Shown: piece by piece, positions 36,974 through 46,152 of the stretch | Position numbering within the stretch: position 1 is the first letter of the stretch | How the letters are laid out: the number at the start of each line of letters is the position of its first letter | DNA from: a virus | Length of the DNA stretch: 64,000 nucleotides | Reading direction: 5' to 3' (one strand) | IMG/VR virus record: IMGVR_UViG_3300049027_000140 | Span: 1-64,000 of that record | Made by a program: the position numbers and the translations under genes | The notes under the pieces: model-generated | What the model was told of the DNA's origin: nothing | What the model saw: the letters and a program-made list of their open reading frames with translations, nothing else | Databases searched by the model: none

Positions 36974-37828
36974 ATGCTGACGGAATCCCAACGCGCAGCC
37001 AGGATGGCGGGGCTCGGCAGTTCGGATATCGCTGCGGTGGCCGGCGAGCACCCGTACAAGAACGCGCACGCCGTCTGGCTGGAGAAGCGCGGGCTCGTGG
37101 ATCCGCAGCCCGAGACCGACGCGACGTGGCTGGGCCACCAGATGGAGCCCATCATAGCTGCCCGGTACGCGCAGGAGATGGGCGTGCGCATCGTTCCAGG
37201 ACCCGGCACGGTCGCGCATCCGGAGCACCCGTGGGCGCTCGCGACGACCGACTACGAGCATGCGGACGGCGCGCGCGTGGTCGAGTGCAAGTGGGTTGGA
37301 ATGCGGCCTATGGCACACTGGTCAATGGATGCGGACGGAGCGCCGATCTACGTGAATCTGCAAATGCAGCATCAGATGTTCGTGCGAGGCATCAACCGCG
37401 CCGACTGCGCTGTCATCTTCGGCGCAACTGCCGAGTTCAGGATCTACGAGTTCACGCGGGACAACGGGATAATCGATGCTATCTTCCGCATCGGCCAGCG
37501 CTTCTGGCAGCGAGTGCTCGACGGCGAGCCGCCGCCCATCGACGAGACGGAGGAGGCGCGGCAGACGCTGCTCGCGCTCTACCCGACGAGCTACGCGCCG
37601 CTGAAGCCGGCGCCGCCGGAAGCTGACCGGTGGTTCCAGGAGCACGAGGCGGCGGACGCCGATGCGGAGGCGGCGCTGGCGAGGAAGAAGCTGGCGGCGA
37701 ACAAGCTGCGTGAGGCGATCGGGGATGCCGTGGGGATCGAGGGTCCCTTCGGCAAGGCGACTTGGAAGGCGGACAAGAGGGGCGTGCGCACGCTGCGCAC
37801 CTACCCGAGGAAGGAGCGCGCCGCGTAG
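36974..37828 (+). CDS. YqaJ/lambda-type recombination exonuclease
   Basis: GLGSSDIAAV...WLEK...GHQMEP...ATTD...VECK...QMQHQM. Confidence 0.9.
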   Translation: MLTESQRAARMAGLGSSDIAAVAGEHPYKNAHAVWLEKRGLVDPQPETDATWLGHQMEPIIAARYAQEMGVRIVPGPGTVAHPEHPWALATTDYEHADGARVVECKWVGMRPMAHWSMDADGAPIYVNLQMQHQMFVRGINRADCAVIFGATAEFRIYEFTRDNGIIDAIFRIGQRFWQRVLDGEPPPIDETEEARQTLLALYPTSYAPLKPAPPEADRWFQEHEAADADAEAALARKKLAANKLREAIGDAVGIEGPFGKATWKADKRGVRTLRTYPRKERAA

Positions 37829-37842
37829 GCGCGGAGGACGAG

Positions 37843-38718
37843 ATGGCGAATCAGGCACCGGCGAACATGACGACGACCAACGGCAACGGCAGCGCGGCTG
37901 TGGTGAGGGGGCCGCAGGCGCGGCTCAAGGCCATCAAAGAAGAGCTGGCCAAGGCGAGCAAGACGCTGGCGGTGCTGCTGCCGAAGCACGTCACCATCGA
38001 CCGCATGGTCCGGATCGTGACGTCATCGGTCAGCAGGACCCCTGCCCTACTCGACTGCACGCCGCAGTCGATCGTCCTCGCGACGGCGCAGGCGTGCGCG
38101 CTCGGTCTGGAGCCGGGGACCGCGCTCGGGCTCGGCTACCTCGTGCCCTTCAAGAAAGAGGCGCAGTTCATCCCAGGTTACCGCGGCCTGGCGAAGCTCG
38201 CGGTGCAGAGCGGCGAGGTGCAGTGGATCCAGTCGCGTGTTGTCTACGAGAAGGACACTTTCTCCATCGACTACGGCACCGAGCAGAAGATCGTCCACGC
38301 TCCCTTCCTCGCCGAGGAGGACGCCGGCAAGGTCATCGGCGCCTACGCGGTCGCGGAGATGAAGAACGGCGCGAAGCTGTTCGAGTTCATGACGATCGCT
38401 CAACTGGAGGGCATCCGGCGCCGCTCGAAGTCGGCGGACGACGGCCCGTGGAAGACGGACACGGAGGAGATGTACCGGAAGACGACCGTCCGCCGCCTCT
38501 GCAAGTCGCTTCCGCTCTCCGAGGAGCGCCTGGAGCGCGCACTTCACCATCAGGCGGTGGCCGAGGCCGGCGAGGCGCCCGACTACGGCGACGTGATCGA
38601 GGTGCTCGGCGACGTGGCCGAGGACGCGACGAACGGCGGCGACGGAGCGCCCGCCCCCGAGCCATCCCGCACGGACGCCGCGCGTGACCGTCTCCAGGCG
38701 CGGGCGGGCCAGTCGTGA
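37843..38718 (+). CDS. recT: RecT-family single-strand annealing protein
   Basis: LLDCTPQS...LGLEP...YLVPF...QFIPGYRGL...PWKTDTEEMYRKT..RRLCKSLP. Confidence 0.92.
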   Translation: MANQAPANMTTTNGNGSAAVVRGPQARLKAIKEELAKASKTLAVLLPKHVTIDRMVRIVTSSVSRTPALLDCTPQSIVLATAQACALGLEPGTALGLGYLVPFKKEAQFIPGYRGLAKLAVQSGEVQWIQSRVVYEKDTFSIDYGTEQKIVHAPFLAEEDAGKVIGAYAVAEMKNGAKLFEFMTIAQLEGIRRRSKSADDGPWKTDTEEMYRKTTVRRLCKSLPLSEERLERALHHQAVAEAGEAPDYGDVIEVLGDVAEDATNGGDGAPAPEPSRTDAARDRLQARAGQS

Positions 38719-39239
38719 GCCCGGACCAGCGCGTCCAGGCTGAGCTGACGGCGATCCGGCGCGAGCTGGCCGAGATCAAGGCGCTCCTCCTGGGTGGATC
38801 GGGTGCAGCAGCGGCGCGTGGAGGGTCCGGCGCCGGCCGCGGCGGCGCGGTAGCCGACGACCGCGACCTCGATAGCGACTACGGCAACTTCAGCATCAAG
38901 CGCGATCCACCGCGCTGGGACGGGCAGAGCTACGTGGGCTACAAGCTCAGCGAGACGGAGCCCGCATACCTCGACGTCCTCGCCTCGTTCAAGGACTGGC
39001 AGGCGGACAAGGACGAGCAGCAGGACAAGCGCGACGCGAAGGGGCGGCCTACCGCGCCCATGAACCGCAAGGACGCGGCCCGCGCTCGCGGGTGGGCTAC
39101 GAGGCTGCGGAATGGGTGGGCGGCTGGCGGCGGGGGCGGCGGGCACGCGAACGGTCACGGCGCCCCGTCTGGGGGCGGCTATGAGCAGCACGCGAACGGC
39201 TTCAGCGGCGGCGACGCCGATGACGGGATCCCGTTCTGA
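38715..39239 (+). CDS. putative SSB-like protein with acidic DDGIPF tail but no obvious OB-fold
   Basis: Gly-rich linker plus C-terminal DADDGIPF; position after RecT. Confidence 0.65.
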   Translation: MSPDQRVQAELTAIRRELAEIKALLLGGSGAAAARGGSGAGRGGAVADDRDLDSDYGNFSIKRDPPRWDGQSYVGYKLSETEPAYLDVLASFKDWQADKDEQQDKRDAKGRPTAPMNRKDAARARGWATRLRNGWAAGGGGGGHANGHGAPSGGGYEQHANGFSGGDADDGIPF

Positions 39240-39535
39240 TGCTCACCGCCCTCGACCTCGCCACCATCGACGCCTCCTGGGACGAGGAGCCCAGCGGCGT
39301 CCGCGCCCGCCCGCAGCGCAAGCCGCCGCTCCCGGTCCAGGCGATGCCGACCGAGGCCGTAGCGGCGCTCTACCTGCTCACGCGCTTCGAGCTGGAGGAC
39401 CGCCTCGACTCCGGGCAGCGCCTGCGGGTCGAGCTCGACGGCGACGTGTTCGAGGTGGTGCGGGTGGCCGACCGGTTCGACGCGGAGGGCAGGTTCGTGG
39501 CGAAGGGCGGGCTGCGGGTGGAGAGAAAGCGATGA
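39239..39535 (+). CDS. hypothetical protein
   Basis: coupled. Confidence 0.55.
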   Translation: MLTALDLATIDASWDEEPSGVRARPQRKPPLPVQAMPTEAVAALYLLTRFELEDRLDSGQRLRVELDGDVFEVVRVADRFDAEGRFVAKGGLRVERKR

Positions 39536-40002
39536 TCTGGGCGGCTCTGGTGGCGTTCGGGTGGCTGGTCGCGGCCGACGTGGCCGAGAGGAGGCGGCGA
39601 TGATCTGGGTGGTGGCGTGGCTGATGGTATTCCGCCTCGGCTCGGCCGTGGGCGGCGATGTGGAGTGGAGGAAGTGATGAAACCGATCTTCTCGATTCAG
39701 GGCATTCTCCACCGGGACGCGCTCTCGGTGCTCGCCGGGTGCTTCTGCCTGCGGGCGATGCAGCGCCGGGACTGGGGGAAGGCGTGACGCTGGGCCAGCT
39801 CCTCTGGCTGGTCGCACGCGGGCTCGGTATCGCCCTACTGGGAGTGCTGTGCCTGCTCCTCATCCCGGCGCACTGGCTGCTGGACCACGGCGGCCGCGGG
39901 CTCGCGCGGATGGCAGACCGCATCGTCGCGTTCGTGGCCTGGACCATCGAAGCCTTCGAGGCCTGGAAGCGCGACGTGCGGGCGACGGAGGCAAGCCTGT
40001 GA
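39532..40002 (+). other. chain of four tiny coupled hydrophobic ORFs (39532-39603, 39600-39677, 39677-39787, 39784-40002)
   Basis: each start overlaps the previous stop; first two begin MIW. Confidence 0.5.
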
Positions 40003-40772
40003 CCGCGCCCCTTCCCTACGTTGGTATCTCCGGCCTGACGACCCGCACCGAGGTCCTCGCCGCCCGCTCGGTCTTCCCCGCGTGCGGCCGGCAGCTCATG
40101 GTCGGCGTTCTCGCCAGCGAGAAGACGCTCGCCGGCCAGCAGAACCGGTGGCACCGGCGCTATCCCCGCATCGAGAGCATCGCCGGGATCTTCAGCGACG
40201 ACCCGCGCTGCCTCAACCTGGTTCACTTCGGCGCCGACACGCCGCCAGACGCCGCGACGCTGCTGCGCCTGTTCGAGCTGGCGGGGCATCGCTGCCACGG
40301 GTTTCAATTCAATGGCGCCTGGCCCTACCGCTCGGACCTTTTCCGCCTCCACGAGGCAGCGGCGCACCGCGGGCGCGATCTGCGCGTGGTGCTCCAATGC
40401 CGGTGCGCGGGGCCCAGCGATCTCGTCTGGCTCACGGTGCCGTCGGTGGCGCACTACGGCGGGGCCATCACGGACGTGCTCGCGGATGCGTCAGGCGGCA
40501 CCGGCAAGCCGCTGGAGCGCCACCACGTGGACGCGTGGCGGCAGAACGTCGCCAAGATCTGGCGCGATCGGCCGCTCGGCATCGGCATCGCCGGCGGGCT
40601 CTGCGCCGAGGCGATCCCCGGGGTGGCCGACCTGCTGCGCGCCGGCGCATCGTGCGATGCGGAGGGCCGGCTGCGCGATGACGCCGACGGCGGCGGGCGG
40701 CTGGTGCAGGAGAAGGTCGAGGCGTACCTCGAGGCGGCAGGAGAGGCGGCCACGTCCACGCCGACCCCATGA
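39999..40772 (+). CDS. TrpF/phosphoribosylanthranilate-isomerase-like TIM barrel
   Basis: GISG...FQFN...VLADASGGTG...GIAGGLCAE...DAEGRLR phosphate-binding motifs. Confidence 0.7.
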   Translation: MTAPLPYVGISGLTTRTEVLAARSVFPACGRQLMVGVLASEKTLAGQQNRWHRRYPRIESIAGIFSDDPRCLNLVHFGADTPPDAATLLRLFELAGHRCHGFQFNGAWPYRSDLFRLHEAAAHRGRDLRVVLQCRCAGPSDLVWLTVPSVAHYGGAITDVLADASGGTGKPLERHHVDAWRQNVAKIWRDRPLGIGIAGGLCAEAIPGVADLLRAGASCDAEGRLRDDADGGGRLVQEKVEAYLEAAGEAATSTPTP

Positions 40773-41209
40773 CCTCCTCCCGCCCGCCGCGCTCCCCTTC
40801 CCCGCCGCCTCCTGGCACCTCGGCCACGGAGCTCCGCGAGGGCGTGCCGTGGACGGTGCTGACCGGCTGCATCACGCCGGAGGGGCTGCGCGCGTCGGCG
40901 GAGGCGTACCGGCGGCTTGGCGGCGGGGCGATCTGGGTGTTCGACACGCTCGGGGCCACGCGGTACACGCGGCCGGCGATCGGCTGCGCGCTCGACATCG
41001 CAGAGCGGGCGAGCCGCGAGCACGGGCTCCGGGTGGCGATCGTGGGCGTGCGGCCGGCGTCGGCGCTGTCGATGGGTCTCGCGGTGCTGCGGCTGCGCGG
41101 GCACCTGTTCGAGCAGCCGGTGGAGTACCTGGGCGCCGCGTCGGAAGACGAGATGCTGGCCGAGGTGCGGTGGTGGCAGGCGAAGCTGGCGGGAGGAGAT
41201 GGGCGATGA
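40769..41209 (+). CDS. hypothetical protein (STAS/SpoIIAA-like alpha/beta pattern possible)
   Basis: coupled; VLTGCIT...WVFD...RVAIVG. Confidence 0.5.
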   Translation: MTSSRPPRSPSPPPPGTSATELREGVPWTVLTGCITPEGLRASAEAYRRLGGGAIWVFDTLGATRYTRPAIGCALDIAERASREHGLRVAIVGVRPASALSMGLAVLRLRGHLFEQPVEYLGAASEDEMLAEVRWWQAKLAGGDGR

Positions 41210-41427
41210 ACGACGAATCGAAGCGGTGCCAGTGCGGCGGTGTTCCGTACAAGCACCCTCCTCACCTGGAGGCGAAGCGGAAGGCGATGTGGGCCAAGAG
41301 CGTGGAGGAAGGCCGGCGTCGCCCTGACGAGGAGATGCCCGCCCTGTGCGCGGCCTGCATCTGGCGGCGCCTGACCGACGGCCTCGACGCGCGACACGAC
41401 GTGAACGCCAGCGGCGGCAGCGCCTGA
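41206..41427 (+). CDS. small Cys protein
   Basis: coupled; CxC...CxxC. Confidence 0.55.
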   Translation: MNDESKRCQCGGVPYKHPPHLEAKRKAMWAKSVEEGRRRPDEEMPALCAACIWRRLTDGLDARHDVNASGGSA

Positions 41428-41885
41428 TGTCCTGCGCCGCCGTCGACCCCTTCGCCTGGCTCCCGCCGCACCTGCGCTCCGCCGGCGAGCGCTGGGCCTT
41501 CGGCTTGCGGCCGGGCGCGACCTGGTGCGTGTTCAGCATCCGCGGCGCGCTCTGGTACGGCGACGGCGCGTGCCTCGTGAGCTCGGGGCTGCCAGCGCAT
41601 GGGCCGCAGTCCGCGACGGCGCGGCTGCTGGAGGAGTACCTCGACACGGCTGCGGGCGAGCTGGCGATACCGGTGGTGCGTGGCGGCCCGGTGCGCGTGG
41701 GCGATGCGTGGATTCCGGAGGCGCATCACGGGCTGGTAGCCGAGCTCTTCCCTGGGGCGACGTGGAGCAATCCGCTCTGGTGGAGCGACTGGGAGCGAGA
41801 TGCTGTGCCAGCGGCGCTCGCCAGATGCGATGGTGAAGCGGTGGCGTTGGTGCTTCCGCTGACTGGCAGTCTCGACAAGGTGTGA
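41427..41885 (+). CDS. hypothetical protein
   Basis: coupled. Confidence 0.6.
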   Translation: MSCAAVDPFAWLPPHLRSAGERWAFGLRPGATWCVFSIRGALWYGDGACLVSSGLPAHGPQSATARLLEEYLDTAAGELAIPVVRGGPVRVGDAWIPEAHHGLVAELFPGATWSNPLWWSDWERDAVPAALARCDGEAVALVLPLTGSLDKV

Positions 41886-41927
41886 TAGGCTGTGCGGACT
41901 GACGGCGCCGCGAGGCGCGCTGGAGAG

Positions 41928-42152
41928 ATGATGAACGACCCGATTCCAATGCTCATCTGGTGTCCGCTATGCAAGGAGCGCCACATCGACCGCGGCGAGT
42001 TCGCCACGAAGCCGCATCACACGCATTCGTGTCAGGGCTGCGGGCTGACGTGGAGACCGGCGGTCGTGGCGACGGTGGGCGTCCAGTACCTGCCAGGCTT
42101 CAAGGACGAAGATTGGCACACGGAGAAGAAGCCGGCCGCGTCGGAGACGTAG
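41928..42152 (+). CDS. conserved phage zinc-binding protein (CPxCxxRHID...HxxHxCxxCGxxWRPA)
   Basis: recognisable phage motif. Confidence 0.75.
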   Translation: MMNDPIPMLIWCPLCKERHIDRGEFATKPHHTHSCQGCGLTWRPAVVATVGVQYLPGFKDEDWHTEKKPAASET

Positions 42153-42193
42153 AACAAAAAAATGAGCGCGTCGCGAGTCGCTACGGAGCCAAG

Positions 42194-42418
42194 ATGGCAA
42201 TCGTCGTGAAGTGGCGCAAGGACGGGACTTACCTCAGCGGTTTCTACTCGTCGCGCAAAGGTCCGCGCTTAGCCTGGAGCCGAAAGCAGTCGGAGGCGAT
42301 GCTGTTTGCGACCGCCCAAGGCGCGAAAGACTGCGTGAAGGGACACCTGGGACGGTGGGGATTCATGCGAGCGCAGGTCGCGCTCGTCCGCCTCGTGCCC
42401 AAGAAGCGCGCCGCGTGA
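42194..42418 (+). CDS. small basic hypothetical protein
   Basis: GGAG RBS. Confidence 0.6.
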   Translation: MAIVVKWRKDGTYLSGFYSSRKGPRLAWSRKQSEAMLFATAQGAKDCVKGHLGRWGFMRAQVALVRLVPKKRAA

Positions 42419-42618
42419 CCCTCCTCGCCTCGCGCTACCCGCACCTCTCCCCTGCGCACCTTGCCGATGCGGAGGAGCAGTTCCAGGCGATGCGGGCGGC
42501 GCTGAACGAGCGGAACGGCCGCGGGCTCGGGCCGAGGCGGAGCGACGGGTGGCTGGCGGAGATGGCGGTGGATGCCGCGTTGCGGGGTGTGAAGGTGGGG
42601 TGGTTGTGGGGCGGGTGA
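42415..42618 (+). CDS. hypothetical protein
   Basis: coupled. Confidence 0.5.
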   Translation: MTLLASRYPHLSPAHLADAEEQFQAMRAALNERNGRGLGPRRSDGWLAEMAVDAALRGVKVGWLWGG

Positions 42619-42623
42619 GGAGG

Positions 42624-43196
42624 ATGATCGTGAGACACAAGGAGTTCATGGTGTCGCTGGTAGACGGCTCGCACTTCACGACGCGCGAGGTTGAGCCCCG
42701 CATCCGGACGGCGTTCGGGAAGGAGTTCGTCCCAGCAATCGAAGCCGCAAACCCGGGTGCAATCCAGGTGCTCGCCGACGAGCTGACCAAGCTGATTCAG
42801 CGCAAAGGTCGCGCGGTGGCCGAGGCCGGCGTCAACGAGTACGTCAAGGAGGCGTGCTCAGACCTGCGCGATCGGTACAACCGGGCGATCGAGGAGGCCG
42901 ACGCGGAGCGTGCTGCGCTCGCCGCGGAACGCCTCCGCCTGAGCCAGTCCGACCCGCGGTTCGCATGGGCGGAGGAGCGGATCGCTGCGCTCATGGAGGA
43001 AGCGAAAGGCTCGCGCGACCGATACGCACTCCAGCAGGCAATCCGTAGCTCTGGCCTCATTGCCTTCGCTGCACTCGGGGGCACGTCCGTCGGGGCACAC
43101 GCCCCGCAGCCGACCCAGGCGAGGTCCTCGTACGAGGACGATGAGGACTGGGGGAGCGAGTCGCCCAACGGCTCTTGCTGCCCGGGGGACGCATGA
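42624..43196 (+). CDS. coiled-coil hypothetical protein
   Basis: GAGGAGG RBS. Confidence 0.6.
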   Translation: MIVRHKEFMVSLVDGSHFTTREVEPRIRTAFGKEFVPAIEAANPGAIQVLADELTKLIQRKGRAVAEAGVNEYVKEACSDLRDRYNRAIEEADAERAALAAERLRLSQSDPRFAWAEERIAALMEEAKGSRDRYALQQAIRSSGLIAFAALGGTSVGAHAPQPTQARSSYEDDEDWGSESPNGSCCPGDA

Positions 43197-43732
43197 AGAG
43201 CGCCCACGCCGACCCCCTCGCCCCCTCCCCCGCGGCCTCGCCGGAGCAGCGGGAGGCGTGCCCTCCTCCGGACGACCCCCGGTTCGTCGAGTTCGACCGG
43301 ATGGCGACGATGGCGCTGGCCGAGCCGGATCCAGGCGGCGACTGCCTCCGGTGCCACCTGCCGATGCGGCGACCGGACCGCGGCGACGGCGAGGATGCGA
43401 CGCCGCTGTGCCACGCCTGCGCGCAGGAGGTCCTCGCGACGCTCGCGACGGCGGTGCTCGCGCTGTCGGCCGAGGTGCGGAGGCTGAGGGAGCGGGAGAC
43501 GACGGCCGCGCGCGATCGGGCGATCGGTTTGCTGGTCAGACATGGGTGGCTCGCGGCGGCTCAAGCGCTGGCCTCGGGCGCGGCTTCCGCGGCAACGATC
43601 GCGCGGCGGCTGAGGCGCAGCGAGCTGCTGCTCTGCGAGCCGGGGAACGAGGACCGCGCGTGCATTGCCGCAGTGGAGGCGCTGGCGTCCGTGGAGCCGC
43701 CGCAGGCGGGAGAGGAGCGGGAGGATGGTTGA
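43193..43732 (+). CDS. hypothetical protein with two CxxC
   Basis: coupled. Confidence 0.55.
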   Translation: MKSAHADPLAPSPAASPEQREACPPPDDPRFVEFDRMATMALAEPDPGGDCLRCHLPMRRPDRGDGEDATPLCHACAQEVLATLATAVLALSAEVRRLRERETTAARDRAIGLLVRHGWLAAAQALASGAASAATIARRLRRSELLLCEPGNEDRACIAAVEALASVEPPQAGEEREDG

Positions 43733-44366
43733 TGTGCGAGCTGAACCGATCGGGCTGCTGGCCACGACAACAGGGAAGGTCGCCGGCTTCGTTTGCGGCG
43801 CATGCCGCTGCACCACCATGGGCATGTTCCCGAGCGGCTACCTCGGCACCGAGGATGAGCGCCTCGCCGCCGCGCGGCAGACCGCCGTGGAGCACTGCGA
43901 GCCGAAGCTCTGCCCGTGCGGTGCCGAGCGCGAGCGGAACTACACGGTGTGCGCCACGTGCCGGCAGCAGCAATGGGCGGCGGAGCACGAAGCGAAAGAG
44001 GTGGCCGCCTTCGAGCGCGCCGAGAAGGTCAAAGCCTCGGACTGGACCGGCGAATACGTGTGGAGCGAGCGCTTCGAGGAGATCTTCGACAGCATCTCCG
44101 AGCTGCTCGGCCGGTACGAGGACGAGGGGGAGGAGCCGCCCGACTACGTGTGGGAGTGCGAGGAGGAGGTGCTCGCGCTGGACGCCGAGGACATCCTCCA
44201 CAACGCGCTGGAGCGGGAGGGCGCGACCTACATGATGGAGCACATCCCGCCCGTGGTGCTCGACGACCTCAAGAAGGCGCTGGACGACTGGGCGAAGAAG
44301 CACCCGGTGAAGTGGTGGGTCGAGGCGAACCGGCGAGCGGTGGTGCTGATCACGGAGGAAGGGTGA
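43725..44366 (+). CDS. zinc-finger/acidic hypothetical protein
   Basis: CxxC motifs, acidic C-terminal half. Confidence 0.7.
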   Translation: MVDVRAEPIGLLATTTGKVAGFVCGACRCTTMGMFPSGYLGTEDERLAAARQTAVEHCEPKLCPCGAERERNYTVCATCRQQQWAAEHEAKEVAAFERAEKVKASDWTGEYVWSERFEEIFDSISELLGRYEDEGEEPPDYVWECEEEVLALDAEDILHNALEREGATYMMEHIPPVVLDDLKKALDDWAKKHPVKWWVEANRRAVVLITEEG

Positions 44367-44611
44367 TGGCGAGCAACATCCAGTCGTTCTTCGGGTTCCC
44401 CGCCGCCGACCCGTGGCCTCGGACGTGCGGCGTCCCCGGCCCGCGCGGCCTCACCTGCGTCCGGCCGCACCGTCACCGCGGCGATCACCGGGTCGAGGTG
44501 GAGGGCCCGCCGCTCGCCTGCGACGTGTGCAGCGCCCGGGCCGGCGAGGACTGCGCCGACCCGAAGGCGTGCCGCGCGGCTCGCGAGCAACTGATGGCGG
44601 TGGCCACGTGA
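44366..44611 (+). CDS. Cys/His-rich small protein
   Basis: coupled. Confidence 0.55.
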   Translation: MASNIQSFFGFPAADPWPRTCGVPGPRGLTCVRPHRHRGDHRVEVEGPPLACDVCSARAGEDCADPKACRAAREQLMAVAT

Positions 44612-45180
44612 CGACCGATCTCCTCCCCGAGCTCCGCTCCCTCCTCGCCGCGCAGCCGCCCGGCTCTGGTGCCCACGACACGCTGGAGAGAGCCGTCGCT
44701 GAGATCGAGCGCCTCCGCTCCCGCCGTAGCTTCCAGGAGCAGGTAGCCGAGTTCCACCGCGCGCTGGACTTCCCGGTGCGGGAGACGCCGACGGTGCCCG
44801 GGGACGACGAGGTGCGGCTGCGGGCGCGGCTCATCGCTGAAGAGGCCTTCGAGGTGCTAGCGGCGATGTTTCCGAAGGAGCGCTGGATCTCGTGGTACCG
44901 CGGCGTGCGCGAGGTCATCGATCGGGCGCACGTCGACGTGTACCTCCCCGCGCTGGCCCACGAGCTCGCCGATCTCCACTACGTCACGAGCGGCACGGCG
45001 GTGCAACTCGGGATCGGCGAGGGCGCCGTGCTGGCCGAGGTCCACCGCGCCAACTGCGAGAAGCGCGGAGGCGGGAAGGATGCAGGGGGCAAGGCGCTGC
45101 GCCCCGCGAACTGGCGCCCGGCCGACGTTGCCGCCGTGCTGCGCGCGCAGGGGTGGGACGGCGGCGAGGAACCGCGATGA
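44608..45180 (+). CDS. MazG-like all-alpha NTP pyrophosphohydrolase (PRA-PH type)
   Basis: VAEFH...LIAEEAFE...ELADLHYV..G...EVHRANCEK...GKALRP..W. Confidence 0.85.
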   Translation: MTTDLLPELRSLLAAQPPGSGAHDTLERAVAEIERLRSRRSFQEQVAEFHRALDFPVRETPTVPGDDEVRLRARLIAEEAFEVLAAMFPKERWISWYRGVREVIDRAHVDVYLPALAHELADLHYVTSGTAVQLGIGEGAVLAEVHRANCEKRGGGKDAGGKALRPANWRPADVAAVLRAQGWDGGEEPR

Positions 45181-45434
45181 GCGAGCCCCGTTGTTCTTTC
45201 TGCGGCGTCACCCCGTCCTTCCCGCATCGCCGCCGCCCGTTCGTCTGGCAGGACGTCGCTGGCCGGCTGGTCTGCGACGAGGACTGCGCTGGGCTGGAGC
45301 GGGCGCGGCAGCCGGCTCAGCCGGTGCTGCTGGAGTACGCCGAGGTGGACGGGTGGTGGGGTCTACGGGGTGGCGTCGAGTACGTCGGCCCGTTCGAGAG
45401 CCGGGAGCGTCTACAGGACGTCATCGCGTGGTGA
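45177..45434 (+). CDS. small zinc-finger protein (CSFCG)
   Basis: coupled. Confidence 0.55.
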   Translation: MSEPRCSFCGVTPSFPHRRRPFVWQDVAGRLVCDEDCAGLERARQPAQPVLLEYAEVDGWWGLRGGVEYVGPFESRERLQDVIAW

Positions 45435-45445
45435 GGAGCAAGGAC

Positions 45446-45802
45446 ATGACCGAGCAACAGCGGATCGAGGCGACGGAGGCAGCGCTGCGGGCGGCGTGCG
45501 TGGAGGCGCGGGAGCAGGGGCTCGTGCTGGTGCGGGAGTCGCCCGGCGTGACGGTGGCCGGCGTCTTCGTCGGCTGCTGCGCGTGGACCGCGCTCGGCCT
45601 GACCGCGGACGCAGAGGCGGAGCTTCCGGAGGTCGACGCGCCCGAGTATGACGCCATCGAGCACGGCTGGGACGGGGAGCGCGCCATCGCCGAGCGCGAC
45701 GGGTTGCCCATGCCCTGGTTCGGCATCGGCGCGAGGCTGGCGGCGGAGTTCCAGCCGGTGGCGGCGAGCGCGCTGGAGGCGGGGCGATGGCGAGGCCGCT
45801 GA
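45446..45802 (+). CDS. hypothetical protein
   Basis: RBS AAGGA. Confidence 0.6.
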   Translation: MTEQQRIEATEAALRAACVEAREQGLVLVRESPGVTVAGVFVGCCAWTALGLTADAEAELPEVDAPEYDAIEHGWDGERAIAERDGLPMPWFGIGARLAAEFQPVAASALEAGRWRGR

Positions 45803-46152
45803 GCACGGACCCCGATGTGCTGAGGATGAAGCCGATGGTGCTGCGCCTGCTGGAGGCGACGCCCGGAGCTTGGATGTCATACGGGGAGATCGACCGGCTG
45901 CTGCCGTCGTCCGGGCATAGGGAGTCCGCCGACGTACTCCTCGCCATCTGCGACCTCGCCGACGAGGCGAAGATCGAGCACCTGCGCCGCCCTAGCGACG
46001 GCGAGGACGTCTACCGTGCGCTGCGCCCGAACCCGGACGCGGACATGTCGAGGCGGGTGAGCGTGCTCGAGGCCGAACTCCAGAGCGCGCTGAAGCGGCT
46101 CGCGGATCTGGAGCGCGAGGTGGAGCACCTGACGACGCCGAGGAGCGGGTGA
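45787..46152 (+). CDS. winged-helix-like protein with coiled-coil tail
   Basis: VLRLLE...MSYGEI...LCDLADEAKI. Confidence 0.55.
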   Translation: MARPLSTDPDVLRMKPMVLRLLEATPGAWMSYGEIDRLLPSSGHRESADVLLAICDLADEAKIEHLRRPSDGEDVYRALRPNPDADMSRRVSVLEAELQSALKRLADLEREVEHLTTPRSG

